DNA of 64,000 nucleotides from an uncultured Planctomycetaceae bacterium (GCA_963785305.1 CAWAUV010000007.1:1792001-1856000), one strand, 5' to 3'; positions 12,799 through 22,517 are shown, numbered from the stretch's first letter. The notes: generated by a model not told the origin, from the sequence alone. Numbers and translations are program-made.

Positions 12799-14031
12799 AT
12801 GCAACCCTCGCCGAACGAATCTTCCGCCGGGCCGTCGCGAGGCCGCTGGCTCAATCGCACCGTGCTCGGTATCGCGCTGGCCAGTCTCTGCTCGGACGTG
12901 GGCCACGAAATGGCCACCACGGCGATGCCCGCCTTGCTCGCCTCGCTCGGCGCAGCGCCATGACGCTTGGCCTCATCGAGGGCGCCGCCGATGCCCTTTC
13001 CAGCTTCGCCAAGATGTTTTCGGGGATCTATAGCGATCGTCTCGCGAGGAGAAAGCCGCTCGCCGTGGTGGGCTACTTGGTCACCGCTAGCGGCATGGCC
13101 AGCTTCTCGCTCGCCACCGCTTCGTGGCAGGTGTTTCTCGCGCGGGTCGGCGCCTGGATGGGCCGCGGCGCTCGAACTCCGGTGCGAAATGTGCTCATGA
13201 CCGAAGCCACCACACCGGAAACCTACGGCCGAGCCTTCGGCTTCGAACGCTCGATGGACAGCGCCGGCGCCGTGATCGGGCCGCTCATCGCCTGGAGCGT
13301 GCTCCACTTCACTGGCGCTCCGCTAAAATCGCTCTTTGTCTGGACCCTCGTGCCAGGGATCGCCGCGGCGCTCTTTATCGCTCTACTAGTGCGCGAAAAG
13401 CCGCACACGCCGCATCCCCGGACCCCGCTCTCGGGAAGCGTCGCCTCGCTGCCCGGCGCTTTCAAATCCTATCTGGCCGGGGTGAGCATTGCCGGCCTGG
13501 GAGATTTTTCGAACACGCTCTTGATTCTTTGGGCCACCCAGGCCTGGACGCCCCGATTGGGCATGGAAGCAGCGGCCCAGCGGGCGATGCTCTTCTATGT
13601 CGGCTACAACGTCGTGTACACCATCGCCTGCTCCGTGGCCGGATTCCTGGCCGACCGCTTGCCGAAACACTGGGTGCTGGGCGGCGGCTACGCGCTGGCC
13701 GTGATTCCGGCCGTGGCGCTGACTGACGTCGGGCGATTCGATCGCGAAATTCGCCATCGTGTTCGGAGTGTCGGGCATTTACATGGGCTTCTGGGAAACG
13801 CTCGAGAGCGTCACGGCGGCCACGCTGCTACCCCAGGAGCGGCGCGGCGTGGGCTTTGGAGTACTGGCCACGGTCAACGGCCTGGGCGACTTCGTGTCAA
13901 GCGCGCTCGTCGGCACGCTCTGGGCCTTCTCTCCCACGGCGTCGATGAGCCTCGTGGCCGCCGCAAGTTTGATCGGCGCGACGATCATTGTGCGCACCGG
14001 CCAAAAGGCGCGGACAACACCCGCCCCGTGA
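12799..14031 (+). CDS. MFS transporter (two frameshifts)
   Basis: SLCSDVGHEM, GIYSDRLARRK, GRAFGFERSMDSAGAVIGP, GFLADR. Confidence 0.85.
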
Positions 14032-14533
14032 TGGCGCCTCGAGCTGGCGAATGATTCGGAACAGCGAGATTGAGGCGGACGGCGATGGAGAGTTTGGAGC
14101 TTACTCTTCCATTTGGCTGTTGATTGAGCACGCCGTACAATCTCACTTTAATAGACGCCGGGCGCCGGGCTACGCTTGCGTGGGCATGCCGTCAATCGTT
14201 CGCCGTTGCCATGAGCGACCCATCACAAGTCCGCGTCGCGCGGCCCCCGCATGCACACACTTGTCATGGGCATGCGCGCCGATCGCCGCGTCGCCCATAA
14301 GGCGGCATGCCCACGCGAGCGTGGGCGCCGCGCGCGGGCAACGTCGACGCTCGACGACTCGGCTTATGGCATCCATGCGTGGCACAACCTCGAGGCGCGG
14401 TCGCTGGACGCGATTTGTCGCCTAGTTCGCTATCACGGTTGGCACAATGGATAACCCCGTTTGCTCGCGCGGCATGTCATCGATCGATGCTTAAGATCGA
14501 ATATTTTAAACTGCGTAAAGAGAGTTCTCTAAA

Positions 14534-14734
14534 ATGTTAAAAGCTGCAAGGTGGCTCAATATCGTCGCGATACTTCTGGTCGTCGCGTTTATCGTGTCAG
14601 CCATTGGAAGGAGGCTCCACGCCGAACTGCTGTCGTTCCCGGTTCTATTAATAGCGATCGCCCAGGCGCTAAATTTTAGCGGACTACAGCGGAAAACGAC
14701 ATCGAACGACGACCGTTCATACCCCGGCGAGTAG
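14534..14734 (+). CDS. Small two-TM hypothetical protein
   Basis: 66 aa with two hydrophobic segments in an AT-richer patch. Confidence 0.4.
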   Translation: MLKAARWLNIVAILLVVAFIVSAIGRRLHAELLSFPVLLIAIAQALNFSGLQRKTTSNDDRSYPGE

Positions 14735-14852
14735 CGGGAACATTTGTTCGGTAAGCAAGACATTTGCGCATGGGGTTTGCAGACGGTTACGCATTTGGTT
14801 CTTTCGTCTTCATGTGCGTTGCTCAACGAACAATCTCGTTTTGCGCAGCAGA

Positions 14853-14918
14853 CCCTCGCTGACGCGTCGGGTTGTGATCGGAGGGCGTTTCCGTCGTAAC
14901 CCGACGCGTCAGCGAGGG
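14853..14918. repeat. REP-like inverted repeat with 21-bp arms
   Basis: CCCTCGCTGACGCGTCGGGTT (14853-14873) and AACCCGACGCGTCAGCGAGGG (14898-14918) are perfect reverse complements. Confidence 0.85.
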
Positions 14919-14967
14919 CTTCCGTGATCCGCCCCGCGCAGTACGTCTAGCGGCAGCCCGCACTCAA

Positions 14968-15010
14968 AAACGGAAGAGCCGGGCTTATTACATTTAGAAA
15001 CGGAAGAGCC
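14968..15010 (+). repeat. 13-bp direct repeat AAACGGAAGAGCC x2, 30 bp apart
   Basis: Copies at 14968-14980 and 14998-15010. Confidence 0.8.
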
Positions 15011-15096
15011 ACATTTTTGGTTGATTTTAGAATAGGTACGAAAATTATACCTGGACGTTTGGTCAGTGTGTAAAATTCAGCGAAAGGATCACGACA

Positions 15097-15300
15097 ATGA
15101 CACCCGCCGCGACGCAGGATTTTTACTCGATCGGCCATTTGGCCGGCATGTTGCAACGCTCGACCCGCGCGATCGAAAGGCTTGCGAACAAGCTCAAGAT
15201 TGCGCCGGCGATGCGGGTGAACGGCGTCGCGCATTTTGATGGCTCACAAGTCGAGCGGATTGCCGGCGCCTTCCGGGCCGAGAAACCAACGACCAAGTAA
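15097..15300 (+). CDS. Small HTH DNA-binding protein (Xis/MerR-like)
   Basis: FYSIGHLAGMLQRSTRAI..VNGVAHFD; AAGGA RBS. Confidence 0.6.
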   Translation: MTPAATQDFYSIGHLAGMLQRSTRAIERLANKLKIAPAMRVNGVAHFDGSQVERIAGAFRAEKPTTK

Positions 15301-15315
15301 ACCAAGGAAAACCGC

Positions 15316-15846
15316 ATGACGACCGAAGCCGATTCGACGACACTGGAGGCCGGAATTGTCGCGAGCCTCACGCCACAGGGCGGAGTAATCGCCGCGACCG
15401 CCGACAGCGCGAAACTCGCTTTCACCGCGGACAGCATGGCGGCAAACAGCCCGTTCGGGTTGTTGATCGTGGGCACCGAAGTGAAGTTTTTGCGCGGTGG
15501 CGCAAACCGCGTGGACAGCATGGGGCGCCCGGTTGCCGCGCAAGTCGCAATCGCGAACCCAGGCGCGAACGCGGCTGCCATCGCGGCGTTGCCGCAAGCC
15601 TGCGTTGCGACCGTGGGCAATTGCTATGTCGCGACGTCGGCGGACGCGACCGCCGGGGCCATCACCATCGCCACCGGCGCTGGTACCGCGGTCATTGGCG
15701 CCACTGTGTCCGTTCTCCGCGGTGGCCGAACTGCGACGAGCGACGTTGCCATTTCTTGGCATGGCTCGACGCTCACCGTGGCAAATAGCGGGGCTTACTC
15801 GATTCAAGCCGGCGACGTGATTTCATGGGTCGCGGCCGTCATTTAA
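15316..15846 (+). CDS. Ala/Thr/Gly/Val-rich protein, possible virion structural protein
   Basis: AAGGA RBS; beta-rich composition; phage-like context. Confidence 0.45.
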   Translation: MTTEADSTTLEAGIVASLTPQGGVIAATADSAKLAFTADSMAANSPFGLLIVGTEVKFLRGGANRVDSMGRPVAAQVAIANPGANAAAIAALPQACVATVGNCYVATSADATAGAITIATGAGTAVIGATVSVLRGGRTATSDVAISWHGSTLTVANSGAYSIQAGDVISWVAAVI

Positions 15847-15847
15847 C

Positions 15848-16507
15848 GTGTCGCGACGAGACACCGAAACCACAAAATCAAGGATCAAAAACGTGCTCGC
15901 CACATCGCCCGACCGCATCTTGTCGCTCGTTGGCAAGTTGCCCGGAATGCAAAAGTTGCTCGCCGAAGAGCAAAAGAAAGACGACGACGCACTGTCGCAG
16001 AAATCAAGGGCCTTGGCCGAGCGCCGGGCCGCGGCGAAGGAAGCAATCTTCGCGCTTGCCAAGCGAAAAATCGAAGCCGAGCAAGCCGTGAAGAAAGCGA
16101 GAATCGCGCTGTTCGATGCCGAGCAAGCTTGGCACAAAGTTGATTCTGAATTGAACGGTTTTGCTCACGGCGCAAGCATCGATCTTGTGGATGACGAACA
16201 GGAGTTGCTTGCCTCGAACCAAGCGGCCCTCGACGACTTCCACGGCCGACTCGACGGCGAAATCGAGCGAATCGACACGAACCGGAACTCGCTGCGGCAA
16301 GAAAAGAGCGACCCGCCGCGCTGGTTCGATGGCCGGCAAATTCGGTTCAATTACCGCTCGAACGGCGAGTTGCTCGCGCGCCGCATCAACTTCTGTCGCG
16401 ACGCGAAAGTAACCGCCAGCGAATTGGCGAGAACCTGTTCGCCGAGCGAATTCCGGGCAGCGATTGCGAAAGTGTGGGATAGCTTGCCGTCCATCGAACT
16501 CAAGTAG
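15848..16507 (+). CDS. Coiled-coil hypothetical protein
   Basis: 219-aa ORF, K/E/A-rich helices, tightly packed in the operon. Confidence 0.55.
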   Translation: MSRRDTETTKSRIKNVLATSPDRILSLVGKLPGMQKLLAEEQKKDDDALSQKSRALAERRAAAKEAIFALAKRKIEAEQAVKKARIALFDAEQAWHKVDSELNGFAHGASIDLVDDEQELLASNQAALDDFHGRLDGEIERIDTNRNSLRQEKSDPPRWFDGRQIRFNYRSNGELLARRINFCRDAKVTASELARTCSPSEFRAAIAKVWDSLPSIELK

Positions 16508-16513
16508 GGCACG

Positions 16514-16960
16514 ATGTATTACGCGCACGAACATGCGAAAAACGAGCTGCGGCGGACCGCGATTCACGAAGCCGGTCACTGCCTGGTTGCCCATCGCCGC
16601 GGATGCCCCGCACACAATGCTACGATCACTACCGGCAACCCGGAGTGGCTTGGCGTCACGAACTACCCGCGCCCGCGATGCACGGTCGATTTGATTGCGA
16701 TCGTGACGGCGGGCGCCGTTGCCGAGCGACTGACGCTGACGATGGCCGACGTTCACGGCTGCGCGGGCGATCAACGCGAACTCGACTCGCTGCTTCGCTG
16801 CGCCCCCAACGCAGACGAACTCTTGCGGCTGGGCCGCGAACTCGCGGAGGAGATAATAGCCGGCGACCTGCGAATCATCGGCCGGCTCGCTAGCGAGCTG
16901 CTCCGCCGTCGCACGCTGACGGCCAAGGCGATTTTGCGAATCATCTCGCGAGGTTACTAG
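16514..16960 (+). CDS. Stand-alone M41 (FtsH-type) zinc protease-like domain
   Basis: TAIHEAGHCLVA, AGAVAE, GCAGD; parallels the FtsH motifs encoded at 29040-31088. Confidence 0.7.
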   Translation: MYYAHEHAKNELRRTAIHEAGHCLVAHRRGCPAHNATITTGNPEWLGVTNYPRPRCTVDLIAIVTAGAVAERLTLTMADVHGCAGDQRELDSLLRCAPNADELLRLGRELAEEIIAGDLRIIGRLASELLRRRTLTAKAILRIISRGY

Positions 16961-16986
16961 GTTTTGCACCCGAGGGGTACACGACA

Positions 16987-17655
16987 ATGACGACAAACGA
17001 ATCAATCATCGAGCGGCTTGCGTTCGGCGCGAACCCGAGCAGCGTCGACCGCGACAACGGAATCATCCGTGGCGTGGTCCTGGCCGAAAAAGGACCGTTC
17101 CAGTCCGGCCGCGGCGAGTTCGACGACAATTCGCTCAAGGCAATCGCGAGGCTCGGCGCGTCGGCGGCCGGCTCCGGCGGCTTGTCGTCGAACTACGGCC
17201 ATCACGACGATCTTGGCTCGCCGGATGCCATCGATTCCTATCTCGGACGCATGAAAAACGTGCGGCTCGACGGCGACAAAGTTCGCGGCGACTTGCACTT
17301 AGCCGACAGCGCGTTTTTGAATCCCGCGGGTGGAACGTCGCGCGGCGAATACCTGCTCGCCCGCGCGGCCGAAGACCCAAGTAGCTTCGGGAGCAGCCTT
17401 CAACTCCGGGCCGACAAAACTTTCCGGCTCGATTCGAGGGGGCGCCGCATGGTCGACGCGGATGGCGAGCCCCTGGCGCCGATCTGGACGCCGACCGAGA
17501 TTCTTGGCTCCGATATCGTGGCCAAGGGCGATGCCACGCCTGGCGGCTTGCTATCGGCTCGCTCGGCCGACTGGCGGCGCATGACCGCCGGCGAAAAAAC
17601 ACTCTGGCTTGCCCGGCGGCGCTGGCGGAACCGCAAGCGCCGGGCGGCCTGTTGA
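16987..17655 (+). CDS. Phage prohead protease-like protein
   Basis: VDRDNGIIRGVVLA..GRGEFD..YGH..LGRMKN..VRGDLHL..EDPSSFGSS; resembles head-maturation protease N-terminal domains (recognised by eye). Confidence 0.55.
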   Translation: MTTNESIIERLAFGANPSSVDRDNGIIRGVVLAEKGPFQSGRGEFDDNSLKAIARLGASAAGSGGLSSNYGHHDDLGSPDAIDSYLGRMKNVRLDGDKVRGDLHLADSAFLNPAGGTSRGEYLLARAAEDPSSFGSSLQLRADKTFRLDSRGRRMVDADGEPLAPIWTPTEILGSDIVAKGDATPGGLLSARSADWRRMTAGEKTLWLARRRWRNRKRRAAC

Positions 17656-17762
17656 AAACAGCTCGCGCTCGTGGCGCGAAGCGGGGGCGGCTCGTGACCG
17701 ATCAGACGCGGGCCGCCCTTTTTGAAACAGTGGCACGACAAGATTTTAACGGAGTAAATTGT

Positions 17763-18630
17763 ATGGCGGTCATTGGCGCGGCCGTTCTGTTGCATCGGGG
17801 TCGCGGCGGCGGCATCGACGACAAGCAGAACACAGAGTACGACGAAGTGTATCTCGTGCAAACCGATGGCCCGACCGCCATCGTGTTCATCGCCAACGCG
17901 CCGGGCATTCCGCCCCAGTTCGCGCCCTACGCCACGGACCCGAACGCCATCCTGCTCACCCGGAGCCCGCGCGGCACGAACGACGAATCGGCGCAGACAT
18001 GGGAAGTTACATGCCATTATTCATCGAAGTACGATTTTCAGTACGAGCAAAACCCGCTCGACCGCCCGCCGCGATTTAGTAGGTCGATCGCGACCTTCAC
18101 GAAGCCGTTTGACAAAGATATCGTCACCGGTGCGCCCGTTTTGAATCTAGCGCGTCAGCGCTACGACCCGCCCGCCGAACTCAACGATAGTCGCGTGGTA
18201 ATCAAGGCCGTCCGCAACGAAGCGCAGTTGCCAGGCACGCGCGATTGCCCCCTACGAGAACACGATCAACTCCGACCAGTGGAACGGCTACCCGCCGCTC
18301 ACGATGTTCTTTTCTGGCGCCAACAGTGGCGAGATTCAATTCGAGAATGGGCAGCAATTCTATAGCGTCAGCTATGAGTTTCACTATCGCGCGGAAACGT
18401 GGATCGTGAAGCTTCTCGAAGAAGGCACGCGGGCCATTGTCGCGATCGGAAACGGAAAATTCAGCGAGATCAGCGCCGGCGATTCCCCCAAGCTGCTCGT
18501 TCCATTCCCGGGGCTCGCGGGTTCTTGCACATTCACTGATGACCCCACGAAAGCCGTTTTCACTTCGTGGAACGGCTACAACACTTCCACGTTTGGTGAC
18601 CTGGGCCTCGTGATTCCCAATGGACAGTAA
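17763..18630 (+). CDS. Phage protein, probably tail-associated (frameshift near 18235)
   Basis: YLVQTD..GIP..WEVT..NPLDRPP..DPP..VRN, then VSYEFHYRAETW in another frame; GGAG RBS. Confidence 0.45.
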
Positions 18631-18823
18631 CATGAACGAAAAGCTAAAAGTCGACCTTGAAATCTGCGGGCTCAAGATCACTGGCGAATGCGCTCGCGAG
18701 GAGTTTGCCGCGATCTTCCGCCCGCATGGGATGCTGGAGCAAGTCGAGGATTTCAATCACCTGCTGCTCGCCCGCGACGAAAGAGCAATCGCTGAAATCC
18801 AGTCGCTGCCGAGACAGAAATAA
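18620..18823 (+). CDS. Small hypothetical protein
   Basis: 67-aa ORF overlapping the previous stop. Confidence 0.4.
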   Translation: MDSNMNEKLKVDLEICGLKITGECAREEFAAIFRPHGMLEQVEDFNHLLLARDERAIAEIQSLPRQK

Positions 18824-18832
18824 GGTAGCGCC

Positions 18833-19276
18833 ATGCTTGGGAAACTACGATCCATCGTCGCTCGACCGCCCGACCTTGTTATCGGCGAGCCGAACGCGCC
18901 TTATATGCTTCGCTGGCACGTTGTCCCGCGAAACCGCTGGCTCAACGTCTATCTCCATAAGATCGTCCGCAGCGATGACGACCGCGCCTTGCACGATCAC
19001 CCCTGGGCCAGTCTCTCGCTGATCCTGGCGGCCGGCTACCTCGAAGTGACCCCGGCCGGCCGGCGATATCATGGGGCCGGCAGCGTCATTTACCGAAGCG
19101 CCACCTACTCGCACCGGCTTGAAATCGAGAATGGCCGGCCATGCTGGACGCTGTTCGTTACCGGGCCGAAGCAACGCGAGTGGGGCTTTTTATGCCCGAG
19201 GGGCTGGCGCCATTGGCGAGAGTTTTGCAAGGCCGAGAACCGCGGCGAAGTGGGCCAAGGTTGCGGAGAAGCATGA
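18833..19276 (+). CDS. Phage-type cupin-like protein
   Basis: YMLRW..NVYLHKIVRSDDDRALHDHPW..HRLE..WTLFVTGPKQREWGF. Confidence 0.7.
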   Translation: MLGKLRSIVARPPDLVIGEPNAPYMLRWHVVPRNRWLNVYLHKIVRSDDDRALHDHPWASLSLILAAGYLEVTPAGRRYHGAGSVIYRSATYSHRLEIENGRPCWTLFVTGPKQREWGFLCPRGWRHWREFCKAENRGEVGQGCGEA

Positions 19277-19414
19277 CGGGGGCGAGTGAATCAACTGGAA
19301 GAAATTCCAGTTGCAAATCGCCAACACTCGGACCGGAATCGCCAGTTCGCCGCTTAACGCATCGGACCGGCTCGCGACCGAAGACTCATGCGGTAGCGTC
19401 GGAACGCGGGAGAA

Positions 19415-21130
19415 GGGACCAGTTCAGCTTATGCGGCGGTGGCGAGGGGGGTGGAGCGGCGGTGGAAGGGGTGGCCGGGGCGTTGCGAGAGGTAGTCCTT
19501 GAGCCGGCCGTCGTCGCTGAGGGCGGCGGCGCGGAGCTGCAAGATCGCTTCCGCTCCGTCGGGATCGTCCCAGAACATTTCGGTCCCTTTCACGCGCAGG
19601 TTCATCTGTTTGATCAGCGACTCCATCGGCGCGCTGGTGACCGGCAGGCCCAGGCGGCGATAGCTGGGATAGTCCATCCGCTGGCGATTGTTCGTCAAGT
19701 ACCGCACGGCGTCGACGAGCGGTTTCTCCGCGTCACTGGGTTTCGTATCTTCCCAGTCGATGCCCCGCGCGAGGCAGGCTTGCTTGATCTCGTCGATCAC
19801 GTGATCGACCTGGCCTTGCCAGCACCAGGTGACGAACTTTAGATAGAGCGACCAACCCTCCGCATCGTTGGCGGCCAGCGCCAGCGCCGCGCGGTAAACG
19901 TATTGAATCGCATGAATGAAGTCGAGGACGGGCGTGAACGTCGGAAAATGTTTTTTCCAGATCGACCAGTTCCAGTTCAGGCCATCACCGAGGAAGACCC
20001 GTAAAGGAGAATCGTAGAACCGGCGCCGCTGGGCTTCGCGCCGCATCAGCGGGCCGAAATCCTCCGAGCAGGACATACTGCTCAGCGCCGTGCGCAGCAC
20101 GCGCCGCGGGCCTTCGTACTTCACGCGGCGGGGTTTCTCGGCGGCGGATTCTTCGCCGGGTGAATCGAGGCGGGGAACCGCTTTTTCCGCGATATTCGCC
20201 ACTTTTTTCGCGATGCGAAAGGAAGTCGGCAACTCGGGGCAAGCGTCTTCGTCCGCGACATGCCGCGGGTTGAGAGACATTCGCTCGAACGAAGCGTTCT
20301 TCGTTTCGCGCCAGCCTTTCTCGCCCGACGGCACGACGCCGCGCCCTGGCCCGGCTCGCGTGTGCGAATGCGGCCGCCGTCGCAAGAGACCACCGCCGCC
20401 GCCGGCACGACGACTTCCTTGACGACTTTTTTATCGTCGCTGGACGCCGGCAGTGCCTTCCCGTCGGCCAGTTCCTGGCCCACCTGTTTCACCAAACGCC
20501 GAATCGTGCTGCAGGGAACTTTGTGTCCCAGCACTTGCCCGGTGATCACTTCCGTGCGCTCGAACGAACGGACTTCCGCGGCCAGGCAGACTACGGCTCG
20601 CGTCAACTCGGGCGTGACCTCGCGGCTATCGAGTCCCAACGTCAACCGCTGAGGGAAAAAAAGACCACCGGCAGCGGTCGCAGTAAGCGGTCGTCTCGGT
20701 CACCTCGACCCGGCCATCCAGGCTGGTGACCGGCCTCGTTGCGGTTTGCACGCCGCACGACGCTCCGCAGGTGGGGCAGTTCGCTTCCGTCGGGCAGCTC
20801 GCGGCGACTTCACGCATCGCTCGCTCTTGGGCTTCACGGCTCAACTCGCGGCCGAGCGTGATAGCATACCGCTCGATGACGCTATAGTGCGGCGTGCCGA
20901 GGAACACCCCCTGCTCGACCATCTCCTCGATTCCCAGTTCGGCCAATTCCCGCAAAAGTTCCTTCCTCCTGGCCTCGCGGGCCTGCATCGCGGCGTCCAT
21001 GCCTAGCGCTCCTTAAGCAAGTTTCGTTCACCGATCAAATCCACCTCGCCCAGCTTACCACACAAACCCCGAATTCTCCTATTGACGTTTCCACATCCAC
21101 CCCCCAACCCGCAAAAGCTGAACTGGTCCC
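19415..21130 (-). mobile_element. Complete ISKra4/ISLre2-like (prokaryotic Mutator-like) IS, 1716 bp
   Basis: 22-bp IRs GGGACCAGTTCAGCTT(A/T)TGCGG; 9-bp target duplication GCGGGAGAA at 19406-19414 and 21131-21139. Confidence 0.95.
19429..21000 (-). CDS. Mutator-like DDE transposase in three frames (T7C3 slip at 20653-20662; further indel near 20340)
   Basis: CPTC..CDRCRWSFFPS; SCDGG; FLGDG; LDFIHA; NNRQRMDY..GLPVTSAPMES. Confidence 0.85.
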
Positions 21131-21157
21131 GCGGGAGAATCGATTCTGGAAGGCCGC

Positions 21158-21186
21158 TTGCGTCCCGCTCCGCCCCCTGCTAGATT
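21158..21186 (+). promoter_or_regulatory. Sigma70-type promoter of the island's right-hand operon
   Basis: TTGCGT (21158-63), 17-nt spacer, TAGATT (21181-86). Confidence 0.65.
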
Positions 21187-21221
21187 GCTTCCAGTTCGGG
21201 CCATCTCTTTCGGCCCGGGCC

Positions 21222-21251
21222 GCGGCGTAAGAACCGCAAAAATTCGACTAG
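21222..21251 (+). promoter_or_regulatory. a1/b1-like antisense target boxes
   Basis: GTAAGAA (21227-33) in the loop of a GCGG/CCGC hairpin and CGACTAG (21245-51); both are complementary to boxes in 21281-21377. Confidence 0.65.
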
Positions 21252-21280
21252 CGTTATAGGACGAAACCCTATGTCAAAGG

Positions 21281-21377
21281 GCCGCAAACCCGGCGGACCG
21301 TGCGCACGCCGCGAGGCATGCGCGGGCGCCTCTAGTCGGGCGCCTTCTTACCCGATCCGCCGGGCCTGCGGCTTTTT
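21281..21377 (+). ncRNA. C4/CI-like antisense RNA
   Basis: Closing stem GCCGC..CCCGGCGGA / TCCGCCGGG..GCGGC, GCGA-tetraloop hairpin, GGCGCC hairpin with CTAGTCG loop, TTCTTAC bulge, followed by a T5 tract. Confidence 0.65.
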
Positions 21378-21416
21378 CACGCGCCGACTCTCCGGCGCCC
21401 GAAAGGCTGCCCCCTC

Positions 21417-21761
21417 ATGGCTACCGCTTCCCGTCCCAAGGCTCGCAAGGCCCCCGCTCCGAAGCCTGTCAGCGTCTTTCTCGTTCCCCTCGATGCCCTG
21501 CAAAAGTGCGTCACGCTCGGCTCTGAAATGCTGGCGGCCGAGTTTGAAGAAACACACAACGCGCTCGAGCGCTCGGCCCCGACCGGCTTCATTGCCGTGG
21601 CCGACGTGTTTGGCTTGGCGGCTCGCCCCGATGCCGTGTCTGAAAAGTGTCTCACCGTGGGACACATTTCGGGCGACGTTCATTCGCTGGTGTCCCGCTC
21701 CCAGTCCGCTACCACTCCGCTCCCAGCGGGTTCGGCCCGCAAGATCGGGGGTGGAGCATGA
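21417..21761 (+). CDS. Hypothetical protein
   Basis: GAAAGG RBS; stop overlaps next start (ATGA). Confidence 0.55.
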   Translation: MATASRPKARKAPAPKPVSVFLVPLDALQKCVTLGSEMLAAEFEETHNALERSAPTGFIAVADVFGLAARPDAVSEKCLTVGHISGDVHSLVSRSQSATTPLPAGSARKIGGGA

Positions 21762-22012
21762 AGCGACCCAGACACATGAACGAAGCCGACAATAGCGCCG
21801 TGCTTCGCTCGCTCGAGAGCATCCAAGCCGCTCAGCTTATTGTCAATTCCGCCGCTCACCGGCTCTGCTCGATTCCGGGCTTTGTCGAGGAATGGCAGTT
21901 GGTTTGCAAGCTGAACGAGACCATGAAGGCGGCCCGGCAGCAAGTCGAGGAACGCCGCGCGAAGCTCTATGGCGGTCCCCGGGCCGCTCGCGAGAAAGGG
22001 GGTGAAGCATGA
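21758..22012 (+). CDS. Hypothetical protein
   Basis: GGAG RBS; ATGA coupling at both ends. Confidence 0.55.
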   Translation: MKRPRHMNEADNSAVLRSLESIQAAQLIVNSAAHRLCSIPGFVEEWQLVCKLNETMKAARQQVEERRAKLYGGPRAAREKGGEA

Positions 22013-22431
22013 CCCGACGCAACACCCCCGTTCGCCTGGCTCGCTCTTGGAACCTTGAGGAACTATCCGAACTGCTCAACGTGACCGACGAACTTGACGG
22101 CGTGCTCGACGTTCCCGGCGGCCAAGTGGCCGAACGCGACTACTGGCGGGCTTTCATTCTGGCCGCATTCGATTCGGGAATGAGCCCGGCGCAACTCCGG
22201 GCGCTCGACTGGCGACTGATCGAACCGCGCACCGGCCGAATCACGATCGAAGTGCGATTCGGAACCGAGGCGCTCATCGCGATCGCGCGAATCGCCAAGC
22301 CCGAGAATCCCTACGTGTTTTCCGAACCCCGCCGCTTCGATACGCCGCTCAAGCGATTCTCGTTCGCCTCGCGCTGGCGGCTTGTTCGCTGCTTCGCGGG
22401 GCTTCTCGATTGGAAACCCGGCCGCGAGTGA
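22009..22431 (+). CDS. Truncated, probably inactive tyrosine-recombinase-like protein
   Basis: SWNLEELSELL..YWRAFILAAFDSGMS aligns with AWTMPEMDRLI..WWPALLLTLFDTGLR of the next gene; catalytic Arg replaced by Ser; no HxxR box. Confidence 0.6.
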   Translation: MTRRNTPVRLARSWNLEELSELLNVTDELDGVLDVPGGQVAERDYWRAFILAAFDSGMSPAQLRALDWRLIEPRTGRITIEVRFGTEALIAIARIAKPENPYVFSEPRRFDTPLKRFSFASRWRLVRCFAGLLDWKPGRE

Positions 22432-22437
22432 CCGCGA

Positions 22438-22510
22438 TTCCGCAAAGTTTCCGCAAAAGTTCCGCAGAGTTTCCGCAAACATTCCGCAAAACTTCCGCAG
22501 CGATGCGGAA
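22438..22510 (+). repeat. 11-bp-period array of TTCCGCA (6 direct + 1 inverted)
   Basis: Starts at 22438, 22449, 22460, 22471, 22482, 22493; TGCGGAA at 22504. Confidence 0.95.
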
Positions 22511-22517
22511 AGGAGAT

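Noticed and set aside
14040..15096. Duplicated tRNA-Leu 3' end marking the island's left att site
   Set aside because: No convincing match to TAGCCGAGGCGGGGATCGAACC found by eye; the boundary stays approximate
21271..21795. 174-aa ORF across the C4-like RNA
   Set aside because: Overlaps better-supported ORF 21417-21761 in another frame. It may be an Ash-like reading of the RNA region, but I cannot support it as a protein
22438..22510. TTCCGCA array as a CRISPR array
   Set aside because: Repeats are 7 nt with 4-nt linkers, far too short, and no cas genes are recognisable in the window
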